Below, in pieces: positions 48,607-59,510 of a stretch of DNA of 64,000 nucleotides; positions within the stretch are counted from its first letter, which is position 1, and every line of letters starts with the position of its first letter. The notes under the pieces were generated by a model. The model was given only the letters and a program-made list of their open reading frames with translations. It was not told where the DNA came from and did not search any database. A program made the translations under genes and the position numbers. The stretch is from Muribaculum sp. (GTDB lineage: Bacteria; Bacteroidota; Bacteroidia; Bacteroidales; Muribaculaceae): contig JAMPGE010000001.1 in NCBI GenBank assembly GCA_023664085.1, positions 17,626 to 81,625 of the forward strand, given 5' to 3'.

Positions 48607-48987
48607 TTATTTTGTAGCTTTCTTCTTGTTTGCAACTGTCTTCTTGCGTCCCTTACGTGTACGGGCATTGTTCTTTGTGCTCTGTCCACGTACCGGGAGT
48701 CCGATACGATGACGGATGCCACGATAGCAACCGATGTCCATCAGACGCTTGATGTTGAGCTGAATCTCGCTGCGGAGATCACCTTCCACCTTATAGTCGT
48801 TCTGGATTACTTCGCGCACCGCTGCGGCCTGGTCATCTGTCCAGTCCTGTACCTTGATGTCGCGATCAACGCCGGCCTTGCTCAAAATTGAATTGGCGGC
48901 GCTACGGCCTATGCCGTAGATATACGTGAGGGCTATTTCTCCTCTCTTGTTTTGCGGCAAATCTACGCCGACTATTCTTACTGCCAT
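48607..48987 (-). CDS. rpsM: 30S ribosomal protein S13
   Basis: LTYIYGIG and [18 protein letters not shown]; promoter TACCTTTG at 49012-49019 (minus). Confidence 0.99.
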   Translation of the reverse strand: MAVRIVGVDLPQNKRGEIALTYIYGIGRSAANSILSKAGVDRDIKVQDWTDDQAAAVREVIQNDYKVEGDLRSEIQLNIKRLMDIGCYRGIRHRIGLPVRGQSTKNNARTRKGRKKTVANKKKATK

Positions 48988-49025
48988 ATATTGGTTTTAC
49001 AATTTATTTTGCAAAGGTAATAAAA

Positions 49026-49142
49026 TTATCCTTGACGTTGTTTAAGTTTTGGGTTCTTTTTATTGATGACGTATAGTCTGCCCTTGCGGCGTACAATCTT
49101 GCTGTCCGCGGTGCGCTTCTTTATAGATGCTCTGACTTTCAT
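49026..49142 (-). CDS. rpmJ: 50S ribosomal protein L36
   Basis: Manual translation [38 protein letters not shown]. Confidence 0.97.
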   Translation of the reverse strand: MKVRASIKKRTADSKIVRRKGRLYVINKKNPKLKQRQG

Positions 49143-49159
49143 TTTGTCGTGTTGATTTT

Positions 49160-49378
49160 TTATTTGTATCTGAATGAGATTCTGCCTTTTGTGAGATCAT
49201 ATGGCGACATTTCCACTTTCACCTTGTCTCCGGGCAGTATCTTTATGTAGTGCATTCTCATCTTGCCGGATATATGGGCTGTGATTTCATGCCCGTTTTC
49301 CAACTCGACTTTGAACATTGCGTTGCTCAACGCTTCCAGAATTACTCCGTCTATTTCTATTGCAGCTTGTTTTGCCAT
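49160..49378 (-). CDS. infA: Translation initiation factor IF-1
   Basis: [20 protein letters not shown]. Confidence 0.99.
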   Translation of the reverse strand: MAKQAAIEIDGVILEALSNAMFKVELENGHEITAHISGKMRMHYIKILPGDKVKVEMSPYDLTKGRISFRYK

Positions 49379-49381
49379 GCT

Positions 49382-50191
49382 TTATGATTCTTTTTGTGTT
49401 TGCGGATGATCTTGATTGATATCTGCCAAGGAATCCTCGATGTATTTAAACGTTGTCAATATCTCCGGTGTCTCCTTCCCTATCAGGATGGTGTGCTCGA
49501 AGTGGGCCGACGGCTTGCGGTCGCGAGTGCTACATTCCCAGCCGTTGTTGGCTATGATTATGTTTTTACTTCCAAGATTAATCATCGGCTCGATACATAT
49601 ACACATCCCTTCCTTAAGAAGGGGGCCGATTCCCCGACGTCCGTAATTGGGCACCTCAGGGTCTTCATGCATACTTCGTCCTATGCCGTGGCCACACATC
49701 TCGCGTACCACACTCATGCCGTGTCGTTCGCAATATGTCTGCACTGCATTGGCGATGTCTCCGATTCTTTTTCCTGTCTTGGCAGCCTCGATTCCTTTAT
49801 ATAGACTCTCTTTGGTTATATCCAGCAGTCGCTGCTTGTTGGCATCGATTGTTCCTACGCCAAACGTATAGCAACTGTCGCCGCAATATCCATTGATCTC
49901 TACCACACAGTCGGTGCCTACTATGTCGCCTTCCCGCAATGTGTAATTGGAAGGAAAACCGTGCACCACCGTCTCGTTTACTTCAATGCAAAGAGTGCCG
50001 GGAAATCCGTGATATCCCAAGCAGGCGGGTTTACCCCCGTTGTCGAGGATAAACTCACGTGCTATGGTGTCAAGTTTGAGCGTGGTCACTCCTGGTTTCA
50101 CCCACTTGGCTACTTCGCCGAGTGTGCGGCTTACCAGATCGGACGCCACCCTCATTTTTTCAATTTCTTCCGCTGTCTTGATGTAGATCAT
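49382..50191 (-). CDS. map: Methionine aminopeptidase type I
   Basis: VVHGFP, GDS, GHGIG, IEPMI and AHFEHT. Confidence 0.98.
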   Translation of the reverse strand: MIYIKTAEEIEKMRVASDLVSRTLGEVAKWVKPGVTTLKLDTIAREFILDNGGKPACLGYHGFPGTLCIEVNETVVHGFPSNYTLREGDIVGTDCVVEINGYCGDSCYTFGVGTIDANKQRLLDITKESLYKGIEAAKTGKRIGDIANAVQTYCERHGMSVVREMCGHGIGRSMHEDPEVPNYGRRGIGPLLKEGMCICIEPMINLGSKNIIIANNGWECSTRDRKPSAHFEHTILIGKETPEILTTFKYIEDSLADINQDHPQTQKES

Positions 50192-50215
50192 TATCAGTTT
50201 GCAAAAGATCGTTGC

Positions 50216-51553
50216 TTAGAATGCTCCGTTGCCTGTGGTGCGTCCTTTGATTCGGCCGTCTTTCATAAGGCCGTCGTAGTGGCGCATAAGCAAGTGTCCT
50301 TCGATGATGCGGAGTGTATCGAGCACTACGCCTACCATGATCAGCAGGGATGTGCCTCCGAAGAACTGTGCGAAGTTTCTGTTTAATCCGCAGATGTGTG
50401 CGATGGCCGGAAGTATGGCCACTATTCCCAGGAAGATTGAGCCGGGAAGAGTGATGCGCGACATGATGGAGTCAAGGTAATCCACGGTCGGCTTGCCGGG
50501 CTTGATGCCGGGGATAAAGCCATTGTTGCGCTTCATATCTTCAGCCATCTGCTGCGGACGTACGGTGATTGCGGTATAGAAATATGTGAATGCCACAATC
50601 ATCAGGAAGTACACGAAGTTATACCAGAAGCCGTACATGTCGGTGAATGCACCGAAGAAGCCGGTCTGGTCAGTGGAGAAGCCTACAAGCGTGATGGGAA
50701 TAAACATGATTGCCTGGGCAAAAATGATAGGCATCACACCGGCGGCGTTCACTTTCAGAGGGATGTACTGACGGGCTCCACCATATTGCTTGTTGCCGAC
50801 GATACGCTTCGCATATTGCACGGGGACCTTACGGGTACCCTGTACCAAAAGCACTGCTCCGGCAATCACGGCAAGCAGTATGACGATCTCTACGAGGAAT
50901 ATTACCAGGCCACCGCCGGCTGAGTTGAGCAGACGGCTCTGGAATTCCTGCATAAAGGCTTCCGGCAGACGGGCGATGATACCGATAAGGATGATAAACG
51001 AGATGCCGTTGCCCACACCTTTCTGATCGATGCGCTCACCGAGCCACATGATAAACATGGAGCCGGCTGCCAGTACAATCGTCATGAAGACGACTGTCCA
51101 GAATCCCATGTCTACATGACCGTTGGCGCTTGCAATCTGATACTTAAGGTTCATCAGATATGCCGGACCCTGAAGAAGCAGGATAAGCACGGTCAGGTAG
51201 CGGGTATACTGGTTGAGCTTCATACGTCCGCTCTCGCCTTCGCGCTGCATCTTCTGGAATGAAGGAAGGACCATACCCAGCAGCTGGATCACGATGGATG
51301 CCGTAATGTAGGGCATGATACCGAGTGCGAAGATTGACGCCTGTGAGAAGGCGCCGCCGGAGAACATATCCAGAAGCTGCATGATACCCTCCGACGTGAA
51401 TTGCTTGAGGGCCATCAGTTCATCGGGATTTATGCCCGGCAGAACGACGTAGCATCCGAAGCGATAGATGATCACCAACAGCAGGGTGATGCCTATACGG
51501 TTGCGAAGATCCTCTACGCTCCAGATATTTTTGATTGTTTTAGTGAATCCCAT
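50216..51553 (-). CDS. secY: Preprotein translocase subunit SecY
   Basis: SIFALGIMPYITASI, GNGIS, FIPGIKPG and GGTSLLI. Confidence 0.99.
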   Translation of the reverse strand: MGFTKTIKNIWSVEDLRNRIGITLLLVIIYRFGCYVVLPGINPDELMALKQFTSEGIMQLLDMFSGGAFSQASIFALGIMPYITASIVIQLLGMVLPSFQKMQREGESGRMKLNQYTRYLTVLILLLQGPAYLMNLKYQIASANGHVDMGFWTVVFMTIVLAAGSMFIMWLGERIDQKGVGNGISFIILIGIIARLPEAFMQEFQSRLLNSAGGGLVIFLVEIVILLAVIAGAVLLVQGTRKVPVQYAKRIVGNKQYGGARQYIPLKVNAAGVMPIIFAQAIMFIPITLVGFSTDQTGFFGAFTDMYGFWYNFVYFLMIVAFTYFYTAITVRPQQMAEDMKRNNGFIPGIKPGKPTVDYLDSIMSRITLPGSIFLGIVAILPAIAHICGLNRNFAQFFGGTSLLIMVGVVLDTLRIIEGHLLMRHYDGLMKDGRIKGRTTGNGAF

Positions 51554-51565
51554 TATAAAAAGGTA

Positions 51566-52015
51566 TTATTTTTTTACTGCAACGGTACCACCGGCTGCGG
51601 TGATAGCTTCCTCGGCCTTCTTGGAGAAAGCATCGGCTTCAACATCAATCTTGCGGCTGATGCTACCGTTGGCCAGAATCTTGACAAGTGAATTCTTTGG
51701 AACCAGGCCTGCCTCACGAAGATCAGCCACGGAAATCTTGTCGAGATTTTTTGCATCTGCCAGTGCCTGCAGGGCATCAAGGTTGAGGGCTTTGTACTCT
51801 ACACGATTGATATTCTTGAATCCGAATTTAGGAACACGGCGTTGCAGAGGCATCTGGCCACCTTCGAAACCGATCTTGTGCTTATAGCCGGAACGAGACT
51901 TGGCGCCTTTGTGGCCGCGGGTGGATGTGCCGCCGTAGCCGGAGCCCGGTCCACGTCCGATTCTCTTGTCGCCCTTGTTGCTGCCGGGCGCTGGTTTTAG
52001 ATTATGAAGTTCCAT
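51566..52015 (-). CDS. rplO: 50S ribosomal protein L15
   Basis: RIGRGPGSG and GFEGGQMPL. Confidence 0.99.
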   Translation of the reverse strand: MELHNLKPAPGSNKGDKRIGRGPGSGYGGTSTRGHKGAKSRSGYKHKIGFEGGQMPLQRRVPKFGFKNINRVEYKALNLDALQALADAKNLDKISVADLREAGLVPKNSLVKILANGSISRKIDVEADAFSKKAEEAITAAGGTVAVKK

Positions 52016-52027
52016 TTCTTGTTGTCT

Positions 52028-52207
52028 TTAGAGTTTTGTTACTTCTACAAGGTGATGCACGGTCTTTACCATGCCCATGATGGAAGGATTGTCCTCCTTT
52101 ACCACTGTGTGGTTCATCTTTCTGAGTCCGAGGGCATCCAAAGTGAGTTTTTGCACCTTGGGGGCGCCGATACGGCTCTTGATCTGTTTGATCTGAATCT
52201 GTGCCAT
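52028..52207 (-). CDS. rpmD: 50S ribosomal protein L30
   Basis: Manual translation MAQIQIKQIKSRIG...LDALGLRKMNHTV...HHLVEVTKL. Confidence 0.97.
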   Translation of the reverse strand: MAQIQIKQIKSRIGAPKVQKLTLDALGLRKMNHTVVKEDNPSIMGMVKTVHHLVEVTKL

Positions 52208-52218
52208 GTCAGTAATGT

Positions 52219-52740
52219 TTATTTGCCGTTAAACACTTTCTCCACTGTGATGCCGCGCAGACGGGCGATCTCCTGAGGAGAACGCATCTCATCAAGCGCC
52301 GCGATTGTGGCTTTTACAAGGTTGTGGGGGTTGGACGAGCCTTTTGACTTGGCAAGCACGTCGGTGATACCGGCGCTTTCAAGTACGGCACGCATCGCGC
52401 CACCGGCCTTTACTCCGGTACCTTCGGAAGCCGGCTTAAGGATGATGCGGCTGCCACCGAATTTGGCGGCCTGCTCGTGAGGAATAGTGCCTTTGTTGAT
52501 GGGCACACGGATCAGATTCTTTTTGGCTGCCTCTGCTCCCTTGGCAATGGCTGCCTGAACTTCGTTGGCTTTGCCAAGACCGTAACCTACCACACCGTTG
52601 CCATCGCCGAGCACGACGATAGCGGCGAAGCTGAAGGCGCGTCCACCTTTGGTCACCTTGGTGACACGGTTGATGGCAACAAGACGCTCCTGGAGGTCGA
52701 GGCCGTTGGAGGAATTTACTCTATTGCTTTTCTTTGCCAT
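52219..52740 (-). CDS. rpsE: 30S ribosomal protein S5
   Basis: [12 protein letters not shown] and [15 protein letters not shown]. Confidence 0.99.
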   Translation of the reverse strand: MAKKSNRVNSSNGLDLQERLVAINRVTKVTKGGRAFSFAAIVVLGDGNGVVGYGLGKANEVQAAIAKGAEAAKKNLIRVPINKGTIPHEQAAKFGGSRIILKPASEGTGVKAGGAMRAVLESAGITDVLAKSKGSSNPHNLVKATIAALDEMRSPQEIARLRGITVEKVFNGK

Positions 52741-52748
52741 GATTTTCG

Positions 52749-53090
52749 TTAGAATTTAAGACCGGCCTTGCGGGCTGCATCGGCCAATGATTTAACTCTG
52801 CCGTGGAAAAGATAACCGTTACGGTCAAATACCACTTCCGTGATACCTTTTTCCATTGCTTTCTTTGCAATCTGTTCGCCCACCTTGGCTGAAATCTCAG
52901 TCTTGGTGCCTCCTTCTATGCCTTTGGAGGATGCCGAGCACAGTGTATTACCTGCAAGGTCGTCGATAACCTGTACGTAAATACCCTTGTTGGAACGGAA
53001 CACGCTCATACGCGGACGCTCTGCCGTGCCGGATATTTTGCCGCGGATGCGGGTCTTAATCTTATTTCTTCTTGCTATCTTGGATACCAT
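52749..53090 (-). CDS. rplR: 50S ribosomal protein L18
   Basis: [10 protein letters not shown] and [13 protein letters not shown]. Confidence 0.99.
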   Translation of the reverse strand: MVSKIARRNKIKTRIRGKISGTAERPRMSVFRSNKGIYVQVIDDLAGNTLCSASSKGIEGGTKTEISAKVGEQIAKKAMEKGITEVVFDRNGYLFHGRVKSLADAARKAGLKF

Positions 53091-53105
53091 GATTTCCTAT
53101 TTTAA

Positions 53106-53660
53106 TTATTTAGCGCTGGCTGATTTACCAGACTTGCGACGGATAACCTCACCGACAAATTTGATACCTTTGCCCTTGTAGGGTTCGGGTTTGCGCAGGC
53201 TGCGGATCTTGGCACATACCTGGCCCAAAAGCTGCTTGTCGGAGCTCTGAAGGATGATGAGCGGGTTTTTGTTTCGCTCACTCTTGGCTTCAACCTGTAT
53301 TTCCTTCGGAAGCTTGATGTAGATAGCGTGGGAATAGCCTAATGCGAGTTCGAGCACCTGACCGGTAGCCGTGGCACGATAACCTACGCCTACGAGTTCC
53401 ATCTCCTTCTTGTATCCTTCGGAGACACCCACTACCATGTTGTGGATAAGTGCGCGATACAGTCCGTGGAGTGCACGGTGTTCACGGTCGTCGCTCGGAC
53501 GGAGCACGTGAAGCTCGTTGCCTTCCTGGCTGAGTGTGATATCGGGATTTATGTCCTGTTTGAGTTCGCCTTTGGGGCCCTTTACAGTGACTACATTATC
53601 CTTTACTGTTACTGTGACGCCGGCAGGCAGTTCAATCGGGGTTTTACCTATTCTTGACAT
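53106..53660 (-). CDS. rplF: 50S ribosomal protein L6
   Basis: MSRIGK and RKPEPYKGKGI. Confidence 0.99.
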   Translation of the reverse strand: MSRIGKTPIELPAGVTVTVKDNVVTVKGPKGELKQDINPDITLSQEGNELHVLRPSDDREHRALHGLYRALIHNMVVGVSEGYKKEMELVGVGYRATATGQVLELALGYSHAIYIKLPKEIQVEAKSERNKNPLIILQSSDKQLLGQVCAKIRSLRKPEPYKGKGIKFVGEVIRRKSGKSASAK

Positions 53661-53675
53661 TTTACTACCTCCTTT

Positions 53676-54074
53676 TTAATAAACGTAACACAATACTTCG
53701 CCGCCGATCTTACGATCTTTGGCCTCTTTGTTGGTCATCACGCCCTGTGATGTGGACAGAATGGCGATGCCGAGTCCGTTGAGCACGCGGGGCATGTCTT
53801 TGTAGCCGGTGTACTGGCGAAGACCCGGACGCGACACACGATGCAGGTTCTTGATTGCATTCACTTTGTCGACCGGATCATATTTAAGGGCGATTTTGAT
53901 GGAGCCCTGTGGGGTCTGACCTTCCTCAAACTTGTAGTTGAGGATGTAGCCCTGTTCGAAAAGGATCTTGGTGATCTCCTTTTTCATGTTAGAGGCGGGA
54001 ATCTCCACCACACGGTGTCCCGCGTGGATGGCGTTTCTCAGTCTGGTCAAATAATCTGCTATTGGATCAGTCAT
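53676..54074 (-). CDS. rpsH: 30S ribosomal protein S8
   Basis: MTDPIADYLTRLRNA (start 54074) and GGEVLCYVY. Confidence 0.99.
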   Translation of the reverse strand: MTDPIADYLTRLRNAIHAGHRVVEIPASNMKKEITKILFEQGYILNYKFEEGQTPQGSIKIALKYDPVDKVNAIKNLHRVSRPGLRQYTGYKDMPRVLNGLGIAILSTSQGVMTNKEAKDRKIGGEVLCYVY

Positions 54075-54238
54075 TTTGATTTTGATGTTTAAATTGATTC
54101 GGACTTCTCCGAACAATATTTAATACTCTCTGAAGTTTCTGTATTTTTGTCTTGTGTCGGAGCCTGCATTGTATCAGGTGAATTCTATATATGCCGGCTT
54201 AGATACAGACAAGGAGCCTGCGAAAGCAGGCCGGTAAA

Positions 54239-54541
54239 TTACCAGCTTGCTTTCTTGACTCCCGGTATAAGACCTGCGCTGGCCATCTCGCGGAATTGAA
54301 TACGGGAGATGCCAAACTGGCGCATATATCCTTTGGGACGGCCCGTGATCTCGCAACGGTTGTGAAGGCGTACCTTGCTTGCGTTCTTAGGAAGCTTTTG
54401 AAGCTTTTTGATGGCCTCGTAGTCGATATTGCCTTCTGCGTCGGCCAATGCGGCTTTCTTCAGAGCAGCTTTCTTCTCGGCGTAGCGGGCTACCATCTTC
54501 TGACGCTTAACCTCGCGGGCTTTCATTGATTCTTTTGCCAT
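54239..54541 (-). CDS. rpsN: 30S ribosomal protein S14
   Basis: [10 protein letters not shown]...[11 protein letters not shown]...GVKKASW. Confidence 0.99.
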   Translation of the reverse strand: MAKESMKAREVKRQKMVARYAEKKAALKKAALADAEGNIDYEAIKKLQKLPKNASKVRLHNRCEITGRPKGYMRQFGISRIQFREMASAGLIPGVKKASW

Positions 54542-54550
54542 ATCTGATGC

Positions 54551-55096
54551 TTAGTTTTCGTGTTTGAACGGAAGTCCGAACTTCTTAAGTAGGGCGAAGC
54601 CTTCTTCATCCGTCTTTGCGGAGGTAACGAAGGTGATGTTCATACCCTGAAGTTTGGGCACATTGTCAATATTGATCTCAGGGAAGATGATCTGCTCTGT
54701 GATACCGAGCGTGTAGTTGCCGCGGCCGTCGAGCTTGGAGTTGATTCCCTTGAAGTCGCGGATACGGGGCAGAGCCACGCGTACCAGACGCTCCAGAAAT
54801 TCATACATCTTGTCGCGACGAAGAGTCACCATAACGCCTACGGGCATTTTCTTACGAAGCTTGAAGGCGGCGATGTCCTTGCGTGAAAGAGTGGCCACTG
54901 CCTTCTGGCCTGTGATTGCTGAGATCTCGTTGATGGCAGTCTCAATGAGTTTCTTGTCCTGTGTGGCTTGGCCAAGTCCCTGGTTGATCACGATTTTTTC
55001 CAGGCGAGGCACTTGCATCACTGTGTCGTAACCGAACTCTTTCTCGAGTTCAGGCACGATCTTCTCTTTATATTCTTTGCTAAGTGTAGTGCTCAT
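54551..55096 (-). CDS. rplE: 50S ribosomal protein L5
   Basis: [18 protein letters not shown] and DGRGNY. Confidence 0.99.
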   Translation of the reverse strand: MSTTLSKEYKEKIVPELEKEFGYDTVMQVPRLEKIVINQGLGQATQDKKLIETAINEISAITGQKAVATLSRKDIAAFKLRKKMPVGVMVTLRRDKMYEFLERLVRVALPRIRDFKGINSKLDGRGNYTLGITEQIIFPEINIDNVPKLQGMNITFVTSAKTDEEGFALLKKFGLPFKHEN

Positions 55097-55413
55097 TATT
55101 TGATTTCCTCTCCTGTTTTAATTGAAAAACGAACTGATTTGCCATTGGCATCTTTGCGGCGGCCGATTCGAGTGGGCTTGCCGTTCTTGTCGAGGGGATT
55201 GAGGTTGGAGATGTGGACCGGAGCCTCCATCTTTACCAAACCTCCCTGAGGATGCTGCGCATTGGGCTTTGTGGCTTTGGTAACGATGTTGATACCTTCC
55301 ACGATGGCGCGTTCCTTCTTGGGGAGCACTTCGAGCACACGGCCTGTCTTGCCTTTGTCATCGCCGGCGTTGACATATACCATGTCACCCTTCTTTATAT
55401 GAAATTTTGCCAT
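55096..55413 (-). CDS. rplX: 50S ribosomal protein L24
   Basis: IKKGD.V.V.AGDDKGK and EAPVHISN. Confidence 0.99.
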   Translation of the reverse strand: MAKFHIKKGDMVYVNAGDDKGKTGRVLEVLPKKERAIVEGINIVTKATKPNAQHPQGGLVKMEAPVHISNLNPLDKNGKPTRIGRRKDANGKSVRFSIKTGEEIK

Positions 55414-55434
55414 TTTGTTTCTTTTTAAGACGGA

Positions 55435-55800
55435 TTAAAGTACTTCAGGTGCGAGCGAAACAATTTTCATGTTGGTGGCACGCAATTCTCTGGCTACAGG
55501 GCCGAAGATACGGGTGCCGCGAAGTTCGCCGGCATTGTTGAGCAATACGCAGGCATTGTCGTCAAAGCGGATATAGCTGCCGTCAGGGCGACGGATTTCC
55601 TTCTTTGTACGCACTACCACAGCTTTGGATACCGTGCCTTTCTTCACGTCGGAAGAAGGGATGGTGCTCTTTACTGTCACTACGATTATATCGCCTACGG
55701 AGGCATAGCGACGGCCGGTGCCGCCAAGGACGTGGATACACAGAGCTTCTTTTGCTCCGCTGTTGTCCGCTACTGTGAGACGTGATTCGGTCTGTATCAT
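55435..55800 (-). CDS. rplN: 50S ribosomal protein L14
   Basis: VADNSGAK and [12 protein letters not shown]. Confidence 0.99.
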   Translation of the reverse strand: MIQTESRLTVADNSGAKEALCIHVLGGTGRRYASVGDIIVVTVKSTIPSSDVKKGTVSKAVVVRTKKEIRRPDGSYIRFDDNACVLLNNAGELRGTRIFGPVARELRATNMKIVSLAPEVL

Positions 55801-55802
55801 GA

Positions 55803-56060
55803 TTACTTCACTTTTTCGATTATTTCAACGAGTCTCCATCTCTTTGTCTTGCTCAGAGGACGAGTCTCCATCAGACGCACGGTGTCGCCGATGCTGCATT
55901 CATTGTTCTCGTCGTGTGCGTGGTACTTCTTTGTCTTATTGACAAATTTTCCATATATCGGGTGCTTCTCTTTCCATTTGATTTCAACCGTGATGGTCTT
56001 GTCGCATTTGTTGCTGGAAACAACCCCGATTCTCTCTTTTCTTAAGTTTCTCTTTTCCAT
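55803..56060 (-). CDS. rpsQ: 30S ribosomal protein S17
   Basis: HPIYGKFV and [11 protein letters not shown]. Confidence 0.99.
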   Translation of the reverse strand: MEKRNLRKERIGVVSSNKCDKTITVEIKWKEKHPIYGKFVNKTKKYHAHDENNECSIGDTVRLMETRPLSKTKRWRLVEIIEKVK

Positions 56061-56085
56061 TTCTTAATGATTGTTAGAGCTTGGG

Positions 56086-56304
56086 TTAGTTTGCGGCGGC
56101 TTCTGAAGCCTGGGCTTCGAGTTCCTTTTGGCGCAACACGGTCTTCAGTCGGGCAATTTCCTTGCGATCTTTGGTGATCTGCGAGGGATTGTCGATGGGA
56201 GATATCGCGTGCGCTACTTTCAATTCGCGATAAGCTTTCTGTGCAACCTCGATTTGGGCTTGCAGCTCCTGAATGCTTAATTCCTTGATTTCTTCCTTTT
56301 TCAT
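56086..56304 (-). CDS. rpmC: 50S ribosomal protein L29
   Basis: NPSQI...RKEIARLKT; operon position. Confidence 0.97.
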   Translation of the reverse strand: MKKEEIKELSIQELQAQIEVAQKAYRELKVAHAISPIDNPSQITKDRKEIARLKTVLRQKELEAQASEAAAN

Positions 56305-56403
56305 TGTTATTTTTGTTTGTTCTGATATGGTTCAGACAGAGAGGGTCAGCCCTTTCCGTCGGTCAATCTTTTAACTAACGGAAAGGGTGACGATTTTATT
56401 GTG

Positions 56404-56835
56404 TCAAACGGCCTGAGAAGGATCATAATCTCTGCGAACCACGAATTTTGTGATCACAGGGAGTTTCTGAGCTGCCAGACGAAGTGCCTCTTTGGCTACA
56501 TCGTACGGCACTCCTTCCACTTCGATGAGGATGCGTCCCGGAGTGACTGGTGCCACGAATCCTTCGGGATTACCTTTACCTTTACCCATACGAACCTCGG
56601 CGGGTTTCTTTGTGATGGGTTTGTCGGGGAAGATGCGGATCCAGATCTGGCCCTGACGCTGCATGTAACGTGTCACAGCGATACGGGCGGCTTCTATCTG
56701 ACGGCCGGTAATCCATTTCGACTCAAGTGTCTTGATGCCGAAGGAGCCGAAGGCCAACTGGTTGCCTCTCTGGGCTTCTCCCTTCATGCGGCCCTTTTGC
56801 GAACGACGGTATTTGGTCTTTTTAGGTTGTAACAT
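56404..56835 (-). CDS. rplP: 50S ribosomal protein L16
   Basis: [10 protein letters not shown] and RMGKGKG. Confidence 0.99.
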   Translation of the reverse strand: MLQPKKTKYRRSQKGRMKGEAQRGNQLAFGSFGIKTLESKWITGRQIEAARIAVTRYMQRQGQIWIRIFPDKPITKKPAEVRMGKGKGNPEGFVAPVTPGRILIEVEGVPYDVAKEALRLAAQKLPVITKFVVRRDYDPSQAV

Positions 56836-56850
56836 TGGTCTGAAATGATT

Positions 56851-57582
56851 TTATCGGTTGTTGTTTCTCTTGTTGCGGAAGCCTCCTTTGCGGTCACCGC
56901 GGGGGCGCTGTCCCTGCTCTTTGGTGTTGATGGCGTAGGAGGGAGCCAACTCTTTCTTACCGTATACTTCGCCACGGCAGATCCATACTTTGATACCGAT
57001 CACGCCTACTTTTGTGTGGGCTTCCACCAAAGAGTAGTCGATGTCGGCACGAAGTGTATGCAGAGGAGTACGGCCTTCCTTAAACATTTCGCTGCGTGCC
57101 ATTTCAGCGCCGTTGAGACGGCCGCTGACCTGGATCTTGATGCCTTCGGCACCGGAACGCATAGTGTCTTGCACGGCTTTCTTTACGGCACGACGATATG
57201 CGATCTTGCCTTCCACCTGACGGGCGATATTGTTGGCCACGAGTTCGGCGTCGAGATCTGGACGCTTGATTTCGTGGATATTGATCTGCACTTCTTTGTC
57301 GGTGAGCTTTTTAAGTTCTTCCTTGAGTGCGTCTACATCTTTGCCGCCTTTACCGATGATGAAACCGGGGCGAGAGGTGCACAAAGTGATAGTCACCATT
57401 TTAAGAGTACGCTCGATGATGATTCTCGAGACACTGGCCTTTGCCAGACGAGTACGCAGATACTTGCGGATTTTGGAATCCTCGAGCAGAGTCTCGCCGT
57501 ATTTCTTGCCGCCGTACCAGTTGGAGTCCCAACCGCGGATGACGCCAAGACGATTTGAGATTGGATTAACTTTCTGTCCCAT
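56851..57582 (-). CDS. rpsC: 30S ribosomal protein S3
   Basis: [18 protein letters not shown] and [11 protein letters not shown]. Confidence 0.99.
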   Translation of the reverse strand: MGQKVNPISNRLGVIRGWDSNWYGGKKYGETLLEDSKIRKYLRTRLAKASVSRIIIERTLKMVTITLCTSRPGFIIGKGGKDVDALKEELKKLTDKEVQINIHEIKRPDLDAELVANNIARQVEGKIAYRRAVKKAVQDTMRSGAEGIKIQVSGRLNGAEMARSEMFKEGRTPLHTLRADIDYSLVEAHTKVGVIGIKVWICRGEVYGKKELAPSYAINTKEQGQRPRGDRKGGFRNKRNNNR

Positions 57583-57589
57583 CTTGAGC

Positions 57590-57994
57590 TTAGTCTTTAT
57601 TGTTGTTAATGGTGTCTACGAATAGAGTGACGTGATTGGAACGCTTGCGGATACGGTAACCGCGGCCCTGGGGCGCGGGACGCATACGTTTCAGCATGGG
57701 GGCGCAATCTACGAAGACAGTCTTCACATAGAGTTCGCCGGCTTCAGCTTTACGTTCGTTTTTCTGCTCCCAGTTAGCGATTGCGGAGCGAAGCAGCTTC
57801 TCCACTTTGCGGGAAGCCTCTTTATTTGAGAATTTGAGAATGCCGAGAGCCTTAAACGCTTCAACGCCGCGAATCATGTCGACCACAAGGCGCATTTTGC
57901 GGGGTGAGGAGGGCACGTTGTGCAGCTTGGCGAAGTATTCGCTCTTGCGGGCCTCCTTGATGGCGTCGGCAGCTTGTCTTTTTCTTAAACCCAT
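57590..57994 (-). CDS. rplV: 50S ribosomal protein L22
   Basis: [13 protein letters not shown] and [16 protein letters not shown]. Confidence 0.99.
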   Translation of the reverse strand: MGLRKRQAADAIKEARKSEYFAKLHNVPSSPRKMRLVVDMIRGVEAFKALGILKFSNKEASRKVEKLLRSAIANWEQKNERKAEAGELYVKTVFVDCAPMLKRMRPAPQGRGYRIRKRSNHVTLFVDTINNNKD

Positions 57995-58035
57995 TGTATT
58001 TTATTTGCTATTTTCGAGTTGATTGTTTAGGGCCA

Positions 58036-58305
58036 TTATTTTTTCTTGTTGCCGGCGTGGCCACGGAATGTACGTGTGGGAGCAAATTCACCCAGTTTAT
58101 GACCAACCATATTTTCGGTCACGTATACGGGGATGAATTTGTTGCCGTTATGCACAGCGAAAGTGTGTCCCACGAAGTCGGGGGAAATCATGGAAGCACG
58201 GCTCCAAGTCTTGATAACAGACTTTTTGCCGCTCTGCTCCATGGCAGCGACTTTCTTCTCGAGGGCGACGCTGATGAATGGTCCTTTCTTTAATGAACGA
58301 CTCAT
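58036..58305 (-). CDS. rpsS: 30S ribosomal protein S19
   Basis: [10 protein letters not shown] and [13 protein letters not shown]. Confidence 0.99.
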   Translation of the reverse strand: MSRSLKKGPFISVALEKKVAAMEQSGKKSVIKTWSRASMISPDFVGHTFAVHNGNKFIPVYVTENMVGHKLGEFAPTRTFRGHAGNKKK

Positions 58306-58325
58306 AGTTAGATTTCTTCAGTAAA

Positions 58326-59192
58326 TTACTTTTTCCTTCTTTCAATGATTAACTTCGAGCTTTGCTTCTTGGGCGAGCGTGTCTTGAGACCCTTAGCATA
58401 AAGGCCGGTGCGAGAACGGGGATGACCGCCGCTCTGACGACCTTCGCCACCACCCATCGGGTGGTCTACAGGGTTCATAACCACACCACGGTTGTGGGGG
58501 CGACGACCGAGCCAGCGTGTGCGACCTGCTTTACCGCTCTGTTCCAAGCCATGGTCGGAGTTGCCGACCACGCCTACGGTGGCGCGGCATGTGAGAAGCA
58601 CTTTACGAGTCTCTCCGGAAGGTAATTTAATGATCGCATAGTTGCCTTCGCGTGAAGTCAGCTGAGCGAACGTACCGGCACTGCGTGCCATAGCGGCACC
58701 CTGACCGGGACGAAGTTCAATACAATGGATAAGAGTACCTACGGGTATCTTGGCGAGGGGAAGTGTGTTGCCTACCTCGGGTGCCACATCGGGACCGCTC
58801 ATCACGGTCTGGCCTACTTCGAGTCCGTTGGGGGCGATCATGTAAGCCTTGGAGCCGTCTTTGTAATAAAGCAGGGCGATGCGGGCGGAGCGGTTGGGAT
58901 CATATTCGATGGTCTTCACCACTGCAGGTACGCCGTCGTTTGTTCTCTTGAAATCGATGAGACGCAATTTTCTCTTGTGGCCGCCACCACGATAGCGAGT
59001 GGAGAGGTGGCCGGAAGAGTTGCGGCCGCCAGTGGAGCGTTTACCAACGATAAGAGATTTCTCTGGTGCGTTAGCAGTCGATTTGCGAACTTCTGTCTTG
59101 CCGTTGACGGAGACAGCTTCTTCGCGTTTGAACACACCAATAATCTTGTGTCTTTGGCCCGGTGTTGTGGGCTTGAATTTTCTTACTGCCAT
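58326..59192 (-). CDS. rplB: 50S ribosomal protein L2
   Basis: IEYDPNRSA and [17 protein letters not shown]. Confidence 0.99.
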   Translation of the reverse strand: MAVRKFKPTTPGQRHKIIGVFKREEAVSVNGKTEVRKSTANAPEKSLIVGKRSTGGRNSSGHLSTRYRGGGHKRKLRLIDFKRTNDGVPAVVKTIEYDPNRSARIALLYYKDGSKAYMIAPNGLEVGQTVMSGPDVAPEVGNTLPLAKIPVGTLIHCIELRPGQGAAMARSAGTFAQLTSREGNYAIIKLPSGETRKVLLTCRATVGVVGNSDHGLEQSGKAGRTRWLGRRPHNRGVVMNPVDHPMGGGEGRQSGGHPRSRTGLYAKGLKTRSPKKQSSKLIIERRKK

Positions 59193-59199
59193 TGGTCGT

Positions 59200-59490
59200 T
59201 TAAATATTGCTGTAGTAGTCTATCTGTTGTCCTTCAGCCACGGTGACGTATGCTTTCTTGAAAGCGGGTTTACGGCCGCGGATGAGTCCGCTGCGAGTCC
59301 AGCGGTTTTTGCGCTTACCTGCGTATAAAGCAGTGTTTACACTCACGACGCGAACATTGTAGAGTTTCTCCACTACGTCCTTGATCTGGAATTTGTTGGC
59401 GTCTGCCGACACAGCGAATGTGTAGCAATTTTGCTTCTCGCTGTAAGCAGTGGCCTTTTCCGTTACTATCGGTTTGATCTGGATTTCCAT
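59200..59490 (-). CDS. rplW: 50S ribosomal protein L23
   Basis: PIVTEK, NKFQIK and KKAYVT. Confidence 0.98.
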   Translation of the reverse strand: MEIQIKPIVTEKATAYSEKQNCYTFAVSADANKFQIKDVVEKLYNVRVVSVNTALYAGKRKNRWTRSGLIRGRKPAFKKAYVTVAEGQQIDYYSNI

Positions 59491-59510
59491 GATTCTTGGT
59501 CTGCTTGAAG

